The notes: generated by a model from the letters alone, not told the origin. A DNA stretch of 64,000 bases from Malacoraja senta (GCA_038087875.1 JAXLNO010000267.1:1-64000); one strand, 5' to 3'. Shown: positions 25,860 through 38,072, numbered from the stretch's first letter. Program-made: numbers and translations.

Positions 25860-28800
25860 AGTGAAGGGCAAAGCAGGCAAACGTAAGGAAACGTGGCTGA
25901 TGAGGGAAATTGACGTTAGTCAAAAACCAGAAGGATGCATGGGACAGGTATAGGAAGCTGGGATCAAGTGCATCCCTGGGGGTGTTTCAGGAGCTAAGGA
26001 GTAAAGTAAAAGAAATCATTAGGGCTAAAAGGGGCCAGGAGATAGCTCTGGTGGGTATCATTAAGGCCAATCACAAAAGATTTTATAAATACACTCGACC
26101 CGTTGGGCCCCGTTCCTCCAATGCAATATTCCACCACTCACCGATAGCCCCCAACTGCGCAGGCACGGCTTATTTCCCCTCATCCCCCAGCACTCCCTCC
26201 CCCTCCTCTTCACCCTCCCTCTTCCTTCCCCTCTGCTCCTCCCCTCCTCCAGTCCCTTCCTCACCTCTCTCTCCCTCTCCTTTTCCCTACCCTCAGTCAC
26301 TCACTCCCTCCCTCCATAACCCCTTTCCCTCCCTCTTTCTGTTTAAATAACATTAAACATCAATCCTCTCCTCGTCCCCTCCCCCACTCTTTCCCCCTCC
26401 ATACAACAATGTTACAAATCTCTCATTGGACTGGGAGTCATGTCTTTGTTAACATTGTCCATAACCCCTCTCCCCTCCCTACCCCAAGTGGGACCCTTTG
26501 GGCCTCGTTCTCCCAATGCAATATTCCGGTCTGGAGCTGCGGGAGGGAGAGGGAGGATCGCGGCTCCGGGCCCAGTCCATGTTTGTGTCCGTGTCTTTGT
26601 GCAGCCACGCTCAGAGTCCTGGGTTGTGGTTCGAGCTCTGATGCTGCGGGAGAGGGAGGGAGGAGCTCGCCTCCGGGCCCAGTCCGTGTCTGTATCCAGT
26701 TGCGCTAAGGGCCCTGGGGTGTGGTTTGAGCCGGTGCGGGTACGCCCGCAGGGAGGCTTCTCTCTCTCCATCCCTCTCCCGCAGTTTGGTTGCTTCTCCC
26801 TCTCCCTCCCCCCTCCTGAGCTGGTTTCCTTTCCTTCTCCCTCCCCCTCCCTCTCTCCCCCCCCCCCCCTCCCGCGGCTCTGCACGCGTGGCATTTAAAA
26901 TAACTGAAAGTCAGTAAATGATTTTTTGAGGCTGCGGTCTTGATCCGTGGTAGGGGAATGGAGGAGCACGGCTCCGGGCCCTGTCTGTGTCCAGCGTACT
27001 TTTATCGAGGACAGTGAGTTTTTTTAATGTAAATGAGATCCCATTGTGACATCATAGGTGTAACTGCAACTGCAACTGCACTTGAATTTTTTGTTCTCAT
27101 AGTGGGGTTTTGTAAAGTAAAAAATGTGAATAACTTGTAAAATATAACATCAATCTGAACGAAACTTTAATACACCACACCACAGGGCAATGGTGTGTAA
27201 AGTGGTCCAAATATTGTACCACTATCGTGTAATGTTTTGGCATAATTCAGTGCATGAATCATAGACAGACACACACACAGACAGACTCATTAACAAACAA
27301 GATGAGAGTTTTAGTAATATATAGATAGATAAGGGTAACTAGAGAGAGAGTGGGACCTCTCAGGAATCAATGCGGCCACCTCTGTGTGGCGCCACAGGAG
27401 ATGGGCAAGGTCCTAAATGAGTATTTCTCCTCTGTATTTACCGAGGAGAAAGACAGTAGGACGGAGGAAATTGGAGCAGTCACTGGAAGTATCTTGAGAG
27501 CAGTCAGGGTTGCTGTCGAAGAAGTACTGAAGGTAATGTCGTGTTTGAAAGTAGACAAATCTCCAGGGCCTGATCTGATATTTCCAAGGACAATGTGAGA
27601 AACTAGAGAGGAAATTGCGGGAGCCCTGGTTGAAATTTACGAGTCGTCCTTAAATACAGGAGAGGTGCAGGGAGACTAGAGGGTGGCAAATGTTGTAACT
27701 CTTTTCAAGAAGGGCTGCAGGGAAAATGCTGGGAACTATAGGCCGGTGAGCTTAACATCTGTAGTTTGTAAGTTACTGGAGAGTATTCTGAGGGATAGGA
27801 TATACAGGCATTTGGATGGGCAAGGGCTGATTAGGGATAGTCAGCATGGTTTTGTACGTGGGAGGTTGTGTCTCACAAATCTGATTGATTTTTTTGAAGA
27901 CGTGACCAAAATGGTTGATGAAGGCAGAGCTGTAGTTGTTGTGTACATGGACTTTAGTAAGGCGTTCAACGCGGTTCCGCATGGTAGGCTGCTCTGGAAG
28001 GTTAGATCTCATGGGATCCAAGGGGAGATAGCTGAATGGATAGTAAATTGGCTACAAGGAAGGAAGCAGAGAGTAATGGAAGGTTGCTTCTCAGACTGGA
28101 TGCCTGTGACTAGTGGTGTGTCTCAGGGTTCGGTGCTGGGCCCGTTACTGTTTGACATCTACATCAATGATTTGGATGAGAACATACAGGGCAAGATTAG
28201 CAAGTTTGCTGATGATACAAAAGTTTGTGGTTTTGCAGATAGTGAAGATGGTTATGAACGATTGCAGCAGGATCTGGATCGATTGGCCAGGTGGGCGGAG
28301 GAATGGTTGATGGAATTTAATACAGAGAAGTATGAGGTGCTGCATTTTGGGACGTCGAACAGGGCAGGACCTACACAGTAAATGGTAGGCCTCTGGGTAG
28401 TGTTGTAGAGCAGAGGGATCTAGGAGTACAGTTGCATGGTTCTTTGAAGGTCGAGTCGCAGGTAGATAAGGTGATCAAAAAGGCTTTTGGCACTTTGGCG
28501 TTCAAAAGTTGGGTTGTAGTTGTATAAGACGTTGGTGAGACTGCATTTAGAATATTGTGTTCACTTCTGGGCACCATGTTATAGGAAAGATATTGTCAAG
28601 CTTGAAATGGTTCAGAAAAGATTTATGAGGATGTTGTCAGGATTAGAGGGTGTGAGCTATAGGGAGAGATTGAGTAGGCTGGGTCTCTATTCCATGGAGC
28701 GCAGGAGAATAAGTGATCTTATCGACGTGTATAAGATCATGAGAGGAATAGATTGGGTAGATGCACAGAGTCTTTTGCCCAGAGTAGGGGAATCGAGGAC

Positions 28801-28924
28801 CAGAGGAGATAGGTTCAAGGTGAAGGGGAAAAGATTTAATAGGAATCAGAGGGGTAATTTTATCACACAAGCTGCCAGAGGAGGAGTTGAGGCTGGGACT
28901 ATCCCATCGTTTAAGAAACAGTTA
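25860..28924 (+). mobile_element. CR1 ORF2 fragment interrupted by a Helitron and cut off at its 3' end
   Basis: KRFYKY at 26075-26092 resumes at 27330 (RVTRERVGPL); KSPGPD, QHGF and FADD motifs. Confidence 0.88.
26094..27329 (-). mobile_element. Non-autonomous Helitron
   Basis: On the - strand it starts TCTATCTATATATTACTAAAACTCTCATCTTG and ends with a GGGCCCAACGGGTC hairpin remnant and a CTAG-like end. Inserted between A and T of the host CR1, no TSD. Confidence 0.72.
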
Positions 28925-29220
28925 TGGCCCTGTCTCACGGTGCGAGTCCACCCACGAGTGATCCCGAGTGAAAGAAAAAATCAAACTCGTGGTTGTCTAT
29001 GAGATTCCAAGTTTATGTTCACGAGTTTAAATGAGTTCCCACGTGTATGTCTAAGTTTGCCGTTTACTTCTCATTTCTGCGATGTACCAAGTTCCTCTCC
29101 CGAGTTACCAAGTTCCTCTCCCGAGTTACTCTTGAGCCAACAACGACTACCTACGTGTGGAAAAACCATCACATGGATAAAAATGTCATGCAGTTTTTAA
29201 AACTATAAAAAGCCTCCCAT
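28925..29220. mobile_element. Truncated PIF/Harbinger-like end
   Basis: Starts GGCCCTGTCTCAC, similar to the TIR of the element at 58139; the other end was not found. Confidence 0.5.
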
Positions 29221-29963
29221 GACCATGGACAGAACTGCCCCGATGATCAGCTACTCCGTGTCTCTTATGTAGCTGCATGCTTCTCTTGTCATGTAATTAC
29301 AATTATGCCAAAACATTACACGATAGTGGTACAATTTTTGGACCACTTTACTCACCATTGCCCTGTGGTGTGGTGTATTAAAGTTTCGTTCAGATTGATG
29401 TTATTGACCGCCTTTGAGGGGGGGGGGGGGGGGCGGTAAAGTGACCATACTGAGGGAATTCCCACATATATGAAGCAGAGAGAAACGTGAGACCGTTCTT
29501 CAGACTGGTTTTGTGCTGTGCTGTTGCCGTATCTCTGGAGAGAAGTAATGGGTCACGACCCTGTGTGTTTGCATTAAAAAAAAAATAGGTTGAATCTTTT
29601 ATCAAATCGTTGCCTATCATTGCTACAATGCAATAAATGGCATTTAAAGTACTTGGCTGTCAAAAAAAGCGCAAAACATAAAGGTGTTTAAGAAACGGAC
29701 TGCAGGGAGAACTTCAAAGCTTTTGTAAATCGATTAAATTCAGGTAGAAGTTGAACTCAAATTTAAATCCGCTGAAAGTTAGGTTTCTTAACACAGGATA
29801 GATGTTCTGCCAGAACAGAGTTGCTGAATAAAATCGTCTCCCGTTTTCCTCCGTTTCTTGCATGACCTCGGCTTGCCAGCTTTATTTCACACTCCGTGAT
29901 CTGTGTAATGTATATAAGTGTAAAATAATAAACTGACCAAGAAGGTCCAGTGTTCTCCCCTGT

Positions 29964-30265
29964 TAGTTTAGTTTAGAGATACAGAGAGGAAACAGGCCCT
30001 TCGGACCACCTAGTCCGCGCCGACCAGCGATCCCCGCACACTAACACCATCCTACACCCACTATGGACATTTTTACATCACCAAGTCAATTAACCTACAA
30101 ACCTGTACGTCTTTGGAGTGTGGGGGGGATCTCGGAGAAAACCCACGCAGGTCACGGGGAGAACTTACAAACTCAGGACAGACAGCACCCGTAGTCGGGA
30201 TCGAACCCGGGTCTCCGACGCTGCATTCGCTGTCAGGCAGCAACTCTACCGCTGCACCACCGTGA
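29964..30265 (-). mobile_element. tRNA-derived SINE (V-SINE-like) with CR1-type tail
   Basis: Reverse strand gives CACGGTGGTGCAGCGGTAGAG (A box), GGTTCGATCC (B box) and a (CTAAA)n tail. Similar copies at about 31597-31892 (+), 36360-36590 (-), and 36760-37440 (+, interrupted). Confidence 0.85.
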
Positions 30266-30292
30266 ATGAAGGCCTGTTTTAAGTATCAAATA

Positions 30293-30880
30293 GAGTAGCA
30301 AGAGGGTGATCAAGGCAGAGAAAGTGTAGAGGCCAATGCCCAGGTAGTCCAACTCGCAGGAGTGCAGGTCCACCATGACGACGACGTGGCCGCGGTGGGC
30401 TTTGGGGGAGGTGCAGGTGACATCGGTGACCAGGCGAGGGATGTAGACCGTGGTCTGATTGATCCACCACATGAACCACCTGGCGTCGCAGGTGCAGAGA
30501 AAGTGGTTGCCGCTTAGCCGCAGCTCCCGAAGGTGTTTGATGGTGCTGTCCGGGAAACTGGAGGACTGGATGGTCTTCAGGTTGTTGTAGCTGAGATCCA
30601 GGTACTGCAGGGAGGTCACGTCCCGCAGGAAGTCCTTGGTCAGCTTGGAGATCTGGTTGCGGGTGAGGTTGAAGATGCGCAGGGTCTGGGTGCAGTTGGA
30701 CAGCATGCGAGGCACCGTGGCAACAGGTTGCTACCGAGGTCCAGCAGCTCCAACCAGCCTAGCAGGCAAAGCCTGCCCCAGTTGAAGCTCCGCAGCTGGT
30801 TACCGCTCAGCACAAGCTCCTTGAGTAGCGGGGGCAGGTGGTCAAACACGTCGTGCGGCATGAACACGAGTTTCTTCCCC
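30293..30880 (-). pseudogene. TLR7: Toll-like receptor 7 (TLR7/8 family) fragment: last LRRs, LRR-CT and start of the TM helix; one frameshift near 30718; no N-terminal LRRs or TIR domain
   Basis: Joined translation VFDHLPPLLKELVLSGNQLRSFNW...LDLGSNLL/TVPRMLSNCTQTLRIFNLTRNQISKLTKDFLRDVTSLQYLDLSYNNLK...NHFLCTCDARWFMWWINQTTVYIPRLVTDVTCTSPKAHRG...CELDYLGIGLYTFS aligns with recalled TLR7 (FLCTCDAVWFVWWVNHTEVTIPYLATDVTCVGPGAHKG). GC-rich codons contrast with the surroundings. Confidence 0.85.
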
Positions 30881-32100
30881 TAATAATCCACTGCTATCTG
30901 TGTTCGAGAGCGAAAACTTGCAAAGGGCAGGCACGGTTCCTCGCCAGCGAAGATGGACACAGAATGCTGGAGTAACTCAGCGGGACAGGCAGCATCTCTG
31001 GAGAGAAGGAATGGATGACGTTTCGGGTCGTGACCCATTACTTCTCTCCAGAGATACGGCAACAGCACAGCACAAAACCAGTCTGAAGAAAGGTCTCGAC
31101 CCGAAACGTCACCAATTCCTTTTCTCCAGAGATGCTGTCTGCCCCGCTGAGTTACTCCAGCATTTTGTGTCTATATCCCATGGCTTATAATGTCACCTCA
31201 CATTGTAAAATTATTATCTGAAGAAATGTCTCCTCGCTGGCTCAAACATAATCTATGTAGAACTCACGTTTCTCTCTGCTTCATATACGTGGGAATTCCC
31301 TCATTATGGTCACTTTACCGCCCCCCCCCCCTCAAAGGCGCCAAAGTCGCGCGCACGGCCAGTGGCAGAACTGCAGCGCCGCTGTAGGCAAGTTTTGTAA
31401 CATCGCTACAGTATATACAAACGATAATATTGTGAAGACACAACAAATTTACTGCAAATTATCAAATAAAACAACAAAAAATATTTTAATAACAGTATAC
31501 AGTATATCTTGCTGAAACATCCAAAAGTTTGTGTATGTGTAAGAAGTACATATTTTACTAGCTCTCTGATGTGACATTACTAAGTGAACCTGAAGAGTGC
31601 GGCTCAGTGTTGCAGCGGTAGCGTTGCTACCTTACAGTGTCAGAGACTCGGGTTCGATCCTGACTACGGGTGCTGTCTGTATGGAGTTAGTACGTTCTCT
31701 TGGTGACAGCATGTGTTTTCTCCGGGTGCTCTGGTTTCTTCCCTCACTCCAAAGATGTATAGGTTTGAAGATAAATTGGCTTCTGTAAAGTTGTAAATTA
31801 TCCCTAGTGTGTCAGAGTGTTAGTGTACCGGGTAATCGCTGCTCGGCGCGGACCCGAAGGGCCTTTTCCCACGCTGTATCTCTTAAATCGAAAGATGCTA
31901 CATTAAAAGGGATATTATGCTATGAATTGAATGATACATTCGGAAATGAAATCTGTGAAATCCTCTATTACATGATCTTTTGGAGATTGCGGCATGGAAA
32001 GAACATGATTGCACTGGAGAGGATGCAGAGAAGACTTACCAAGATGTTGACTGGAATGGAGCATTTCAGTCATGAAAAGAGACTGGATATGATGGGTTTC

Positions 32101-34324
32101 TGTTGTACGAGAATTTTGCCCAGACAGTCTGTGATCCATGTTTAAAGCCCATAGTGCTGCTGCCGGTAGCGCTATATTTATAACCCATAGCACTGCAGCC
32201 GATAGGGCTTTGTTTAAATTCTCACACGCTAAGCTGACAGCGCTCTGTTTGTAATTTTGCCCGCCAAACCAGCAGCGCCGTGTCTATTACCTTTACGCGT
32301 CAAGTCTGTAGCTTTGCACGGCAAGTCTGTAGTGCTGTGTGTATTGCTTTATAGGTGATTCTTCAGTAACTGTCTACTTTGGTGTCCCTCTACTTTGGTG
32401 TCCCTCTACTTTGATGCCGTATATACAGAAATTCCGTAATTCTATACCATTTCTTTTTTTTCTATATTGTTAATAAACATAATCCTGATAAATAAAGATT
32501 AAACCCTCGATGAATAAAGTGTTATATTTTAATTTTTTTCCCGATGTTCGATACCCCTCCCCCCCCCCCCCCCCCCGTAAAACCGCATGTCCCGATGGTT
32601 ACCTAAAATTTCCAGTCGACATCTTTATTTGATGGGGGATCTATCTGAGATGAAAATACTCTTAAACGGTAGGTATTAATCACTTAAATATTTTTCACCC
32701 TTAAAAATATTTTTCACCCTTAAATTCTATAATTTTATAAATTATAAATCTTACCGTTTTTTTCCAAAAATTTCTTGTCCCGACGATTGGAGTCGGATGC
32801 CTGTGTTGCGTATACCCTCATGGGTATAAATGGAATAGACACGCACTTCCTGTCTTAAAAGACCGTGGGATTTGAAAGTCACTTTCTCCTGCTTTGAGGG
32901 ACAAGAAGCGTGTCAAAACTCGGGTTTTCGCAGCATGAATACCTTTAATCAGCATCATATCCAAATGCTGGGCTAAAGGTTTGGGCCGTCATATCCGCAC
33001 CGGTCATCTCCGTCACTTAACCCCCGATCTCCTGGATTCCAGCTCCAGCTCCTCCAGCTTATTTATTTTTTGTTTATTTGTTTTATCGCTCCATCTCCAG
33101 CTCCATCTCCAGCTACAGCTCTAGCTACAGCTCTAGCTCCAGCTCCATCTCCAGCTCCATCTCCAGCTCCATCTCCAGCTACAGCTCTAGCTCTAGCTCC
33201 ATCTCCAGCTCCATCTCCAGCTACAGCTCTAGCTCTAGCTCCATCTCCAGCTCCATCTCCAGCTCCATCTCCAGCTCCATCTCCAGCTACCACTCTAGCT
33301 CTAGCTCCATCTCCAGCTCCATCTCCATCACTATCCCTATCCCTATCTCTATCTCTATATCTATCTCCATCTCCATCGCACCAGTGTTGGGGAAACACTA
33401 ATCCCTGTTCATATGTTGCTTCCTGTTCTCAACCTTTATCAAACTGTTGGAGCCTTAAGATGGTTTTAGTCATCTCCGTCACGTGATACTCCCAAACTTG
33501 ATCATTCCCATCACGGTAAGTCAAATCCGTCACGGGTATTTTATGCTCATAATGTGTAAAATAATACAACATTGACCATAATTATCAATTGTAATTATGA
33601 AATAATGAAAGACTGGGACAGAAATTCCCATATATACTTCTTATATATATATATATATATATACTTTTATATTCTTAAATCAGTTATATTTTACAGTTGT
33701 TCATTATAAAAATGCGATGGATATGACTGAATGCAATGGTCAAAGAAGAGGAAAAAATGAATTAAATTCTCTAAAAGATTGCGCGAAACATATATTTCCC
33801 ATAGCAGAGATGTCAATCTATGTGAAACACCATTCAAAGTTGCAAAAATTTAAGTTTTATAATCGGGTTTCCAGAAACTTAAAAGTAGACACTTACTACA
33901 GAATCACCCTAACGTGCCAGTCTGCAGCTGTTAACGCTTTGTTTCCAAGGGGGGGGGGGGGGGGGGACTTCCTCGGATGCAGTCCCCTGCCATTGGTTGT
34001 AGTTTGAATTTGGACGCAGCGCTATTGGCCAAGACTTACTGGCGGTCAATTTCAATAACTGATTTCTGCCTGTATAAAGGCAGGCGCCGGTAAGCCATAA
34101 GGTAGTTCTTGATGAGAGGGGTTCACCGACGGGCTGGGTTGCGATCAGCGCCGCGGATGGAGGTGAGAGAGAAGGAGGTGCGCTGCTGTAAGACGGGCCC
34201 CCGTGCATACCGAGATAAGTATTGTTTTTGTTCTTTAGTGCTAATAAAGCGAATTTGTAACTTAACGGACGAGTGTGCCTTTCTGTTCTACTAGTCAGAT
34301 CCTTGAACTTGTTCCCTTGTAACA
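32101..34324 (+). mobile_element. 2.2-kb solo LTR (ERV or LTR retrotransposon)
   Basis: TGTT...AACA termini; 5-bp TSD GTTTC at 32096-32100 and 34325-34329; TATAAA at 34073 preceded by inverted CCAAT boxes; AATAAA at 34243. Confidence 0.82.
33087..33375. repeat. Hexamer-unit tandem repeat (CTCCAT/CTCCAG/CTACAG/CTCTAG) inside the LTR
   Basis: Directly visible. Confidence 0.95.
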
Positions 34325-35191
34325 GTTTCTAAGGATTCAGAGAGGATCAAAGGAAAAATATTTTTACCAAGAATGTGGTTGCAATCTGTAATGTATGCCT
34401 GAGAAAATGGAAGCGAATATTCTCAGGTCATTTAAAAAGTATCTGGATGAGCATTTTAATTGCCAAGGCCTAGAGTGCTGTGGACGAAGCAGGGCCAGAT
34501 TTAGATGAAGAGAGGCCCTAAGTTGTTCCACTTGTGAGGCCCCTCCCAATCCCCCACCCCCACGACTAGAGGGAGATGGTCCACCAGGTTGACACCGATT
34601 TGCAGCCGAGCGTGGCCAATGAGATAAGGGGCTAGAAAGCTGCGCTATTTATTTATTTATTTATTTATTGCCCATGCTAGTGTCGAGTTATTGGCTTAAA
34701 ACACTATTAGTCTGAAATGGAGGGCAAGGAAAATTACTGAAGTGTTGTTTAGAGACTACAGTGCATTGTGACAGCATATGTAAGAAAGGCCTATGACAGT
34801 GTCAACAATATTATACACCTTGCAGGGCTCTCACTTATTTTTTTTTCTCTGTTGTCAGCCGGGCAACCTTGGCAGCTTTTTAAGTTGCCAAATGACAGTT
34901 TAGGTGGTCATTTAAGATGGCTTGCATGACGCGTGCGATAATGTGCGATAAAGGGATGAAGTGCGTAGTTACCAATCGGAATTATGCTCAATGAAGCATT
35001 CACATATTATTTCTGCTTCAAATAAAGTCACAAACTGAACATATTCACCAATCATGACATGATATATACCACAATGACATGCAGCAAAATTATAATACAG
35101 TATCTCAACTCATTTTACACATTGCAATGAATGCAATTTCTATTATTTCTTTCCACTTCCAAACAAAAATGTGGTTGGATTATTCAGCCTA

Positions 35192-36362
35192 TGATCAACC
35201 TCGGTGAAACCAAGCGCAGGCTTGGCGATCGCTTCGCACACCTCCACTCAGTTCACAATAACCAACCTGATCTCCCGGTGGCTCAACACTTCAACTCCCC
35301 TTCCCATTCCGTATCCAACCTTTCTGTCCTGGGCCTCCTCCATGGCCAGAGTGAGGCCCACCGCATATTGGAGGAGCAGCACCTCATATTTGCTTGGGTA
35401 GTTTACACCCCAGCGGTATGAACATTGGCTTCTCTAATTTCAGGTAGTCCTTGCTTTCTCCCTCCTTCCCCTCCCATTCCCAGCTCTCCCTCAGCCTACT
35501 GTCTCCGCCTCTTCCTTTCTTTTTCGTGGACCCCCCTGACATCAATCTGAAGAAGAGTCTCGACCCGAAACGTCGTCTATTCCTTCGCTCCATAGATGCT
35601 GCCTTACCTGCTGATTTTCTCCAGCTTTTCGGTCTACCAATGGGATCCCACCATTGGCCACATCTCCCCATCTCCTCCCCTGTTGGCTTTCCGCAGAGAC
35701 TGCTCCCTCCGTAACTCCCTGGTCAATTCGTCCCTTCCCACCCAAACTACCTCCTCCCCTGGCACTTTCCCTTTGCAATCGCAGGAAATGTTACACTTGT
35801 CGATTTACCTCCCCCCTTGACTCCATTCAAGGACCCAAGCAGTCTTTCCAGGTGCGGCAGAGGTTCACCTGCACCTCCTCCAACCTCATCTATTGCATCC
35901 ACTGCTCTAGGTGTCAGCTGCTCTACATCGGTGAGACCAAGCATAGGCTTGGCGATCGCTTTGCCCAATACCTCCGCTCGGTTCGCAATAACCAACCTGA
36001 TCTCCCGGTGGCTCAGCACTTCAACTCCCCCTCCCATTCTGAATCCGACCTTTCTGTCCTGGGCCTCTTCCATGGCCAGAATGAGGCCCACCGTAAATTG
36101 GAGGAGCAGTACCTCATATTTCGCTTGGGCAGTTTACACCCCAGCGGTATGAACATTGACTTCTTCAATTTCAGGTAATCCCTGCTTTCTGCTCCCCTTC
36201 CCAGCTCTCCCTCAGCCCACTGTCTCCGCCTCTTCCTTTCTTCTTCCCGTCCCCCCCACCTTCACATCAGACTGAAGAAGGGTCTCGACCCGAAACGTCG
36301 CCTATTTCATTCGCTCCATAGATGTTGCCTCACCTGCTGAGTTTCTCCAGCATTTTTGTCTA
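35192..36362 (+). mobile_element. Tandem Penelope-like 3' fragments (GIY-YIG endonuclease plus pseudo-LTR)
   Basis: FTCTSSNLIYCIHCSRCQLLYIGETKHRLGDRF...PVAQHFNS...PSGMNIDF; the second half of this domain and the tail are duplicated head-to-tail. Confidence 0.9.
36266..36304 (+). ncRNA. Minimal type I hammerhead ribozyme motif in the Penelope pseudo-LTR
   Basis: CUGAAGA-A-GGGUC(UC)GACCC-GAAAC-GUC; stem I is weak. Confidence 0.6.
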
Positions 36363-37122
36363 CCCATTCACACAAGTTCTGTTATCGCACTTTCCTCACC
36401 CACTCCCTACACATTAGGGGCAATTTTACAGAGACAAGTAAACCTACAAAGCCAATGCGTCTTTGGGATGTGGGAGGAAACCCACACGCTAGCAGGGAGA
36501 ATGTGCAAATTCAACACAGACAGTGCCCGAGGACAGGATCGAACACAGATCTCTGGTGTGTGAGGCAGCAAGTCTACCAGCTGTGCCACTATATTTTGTT
36601 TTCCACACACAAAAAATTATAGGTTGATAACTTTGGTTATTATAAAAATGAAAATATCAATTTTCAGTTTTAAATCTCCAAGTGACGCTATGTCCCGCTT
36701 TACAGCTACTGTATGTTTTAATTAAGTTCAAGACTATGGAGCAGTACATTGGCCATAAAGTTACTGCCTAAAAGTGCCAGAGACCCAGAGTTGATCCTGA
36801 ATATGGGTGCTGTCTGTATGGAGTTTGCTCCTTTTCCCTTTGATCGCATGGGTTTTCTCTGGGTGCTCTTGTTTCCTTCCACATTCCAAAGGTGTGCAGG
36901 AACCTATTTCAGACCCAACCCATAATATTTTCCTTTTGTCCAGAGATTCTGTCTGACCTGTTGAGTCACTCCAGCTTTTTGTGTCTATCTTCAGTTTAAA
37001 CCAGCATCTGCAGTTCCTTCCTACACACAGGATACTATACGATATAACTTTATTAATCCCAGGAGGGAAATTGTGTATGTGTGTGTGGGGGGTATATATA
37101 TTACACACATACACACATACAA

Positions 37123-37158
<36 letters not shown>

Positions 37159-38031
37159 TTATATAGTTATATATTCATATATAGATATACACCGTTTTGT
37201 TTTCTCGTTTATAACATTGTTTACAGAGTACTATGTTTACATATTCTGTTGTGATGCTGCAAGTAAGGATTTCATTATTCTAACTGGGACGTGAGAGAAT
37301 AAAACACTCTTGACTCTTGACTTACTCCGCTAATGTGTGGGATAGAATTAGTGTACGGGTGATCGGTGGTCGGCATGGACTCAGTGGGCTGAAGGGCCTG
37401 TTTCCACGCTGTATCTTTAAATTAAACTAAAAACACTAAAACCAGAGGGAGTCTAAAGAAGGGTCTCTACGCGAAACGTCACCCACTTTCTTCTATCCAG
37501 AGTTGCTGGCTGCTCCATGGAGTTCCCCCGCACAATTAAAGCATGGAATAGTCTTCACCCTACCATAGTTACCAAACCAGATGCAACTAATTTTAAGGTA
37601 CCTCTTTTTTCCCCAAGAACCCTTTTTTGCTTAAGTCCAAGTCAAGTTTAAATTCCATTTAGAATATTTATGGAGAATCAGGAAACCAGAAGCAAGAGTT
37701 ACTCCAGGGGGTTACTCCAGATCCAGGGTCAGGGAGTGATTCTGCGTTGGTTTTCAGCAGGCGAGGCGGCGACCGGACAGCAATGGCGGCCAGATCTCCC
37801 ACAATTCAAAATGAGGGAGAAAGTACCCAGTGGCGACCAGTTGCCGTGGCAGTGCGCATGCGCAGGGCGGCCGATGATGTGCTGGCCGTGGTTGTGAGCA
37901 TGTGCAGGGGGGGAGGATGTGCTGGCCGTAGCAATGCGCATGTGCAAGGCGGCCTGCCGTGCCGGCGGATGAGGAGCGAGCGGAGAGCGGAGACCTGGCG
38001 GCCCGGACATGGATGCGGATGGCGGCTGGAG

Positions 38032-38072
<41 letters not shown>

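Larger units (their letters stand above)
29409..31408. mobile_element. Putative non-autonomous inverted-repeat element enclosing the TLR7 fragment
   Basis: 29409-29561 is the reverse complement of 31025-31097 joined to 31263-31340. The right arm continues to a possible terminus ...GTAACATCGCTA at 31408; the left terminus is missing. Confidence 0.5.

Noticed and set aside
30233..30883. Functional TLR7 gene
   Set aside because: Frameshifted and truncated at both ends, whereas TLR7 coding sequence is essentially one long exon; no remaining parts were seen in the window.
33070..33486. (APSP/ATALA)n ORF as an antifreeze or mucin-like gene
   Set aside because: It is a hexamer satellite within an LTR, with no signal peptide or Thr-Ala-Ala periodicity.
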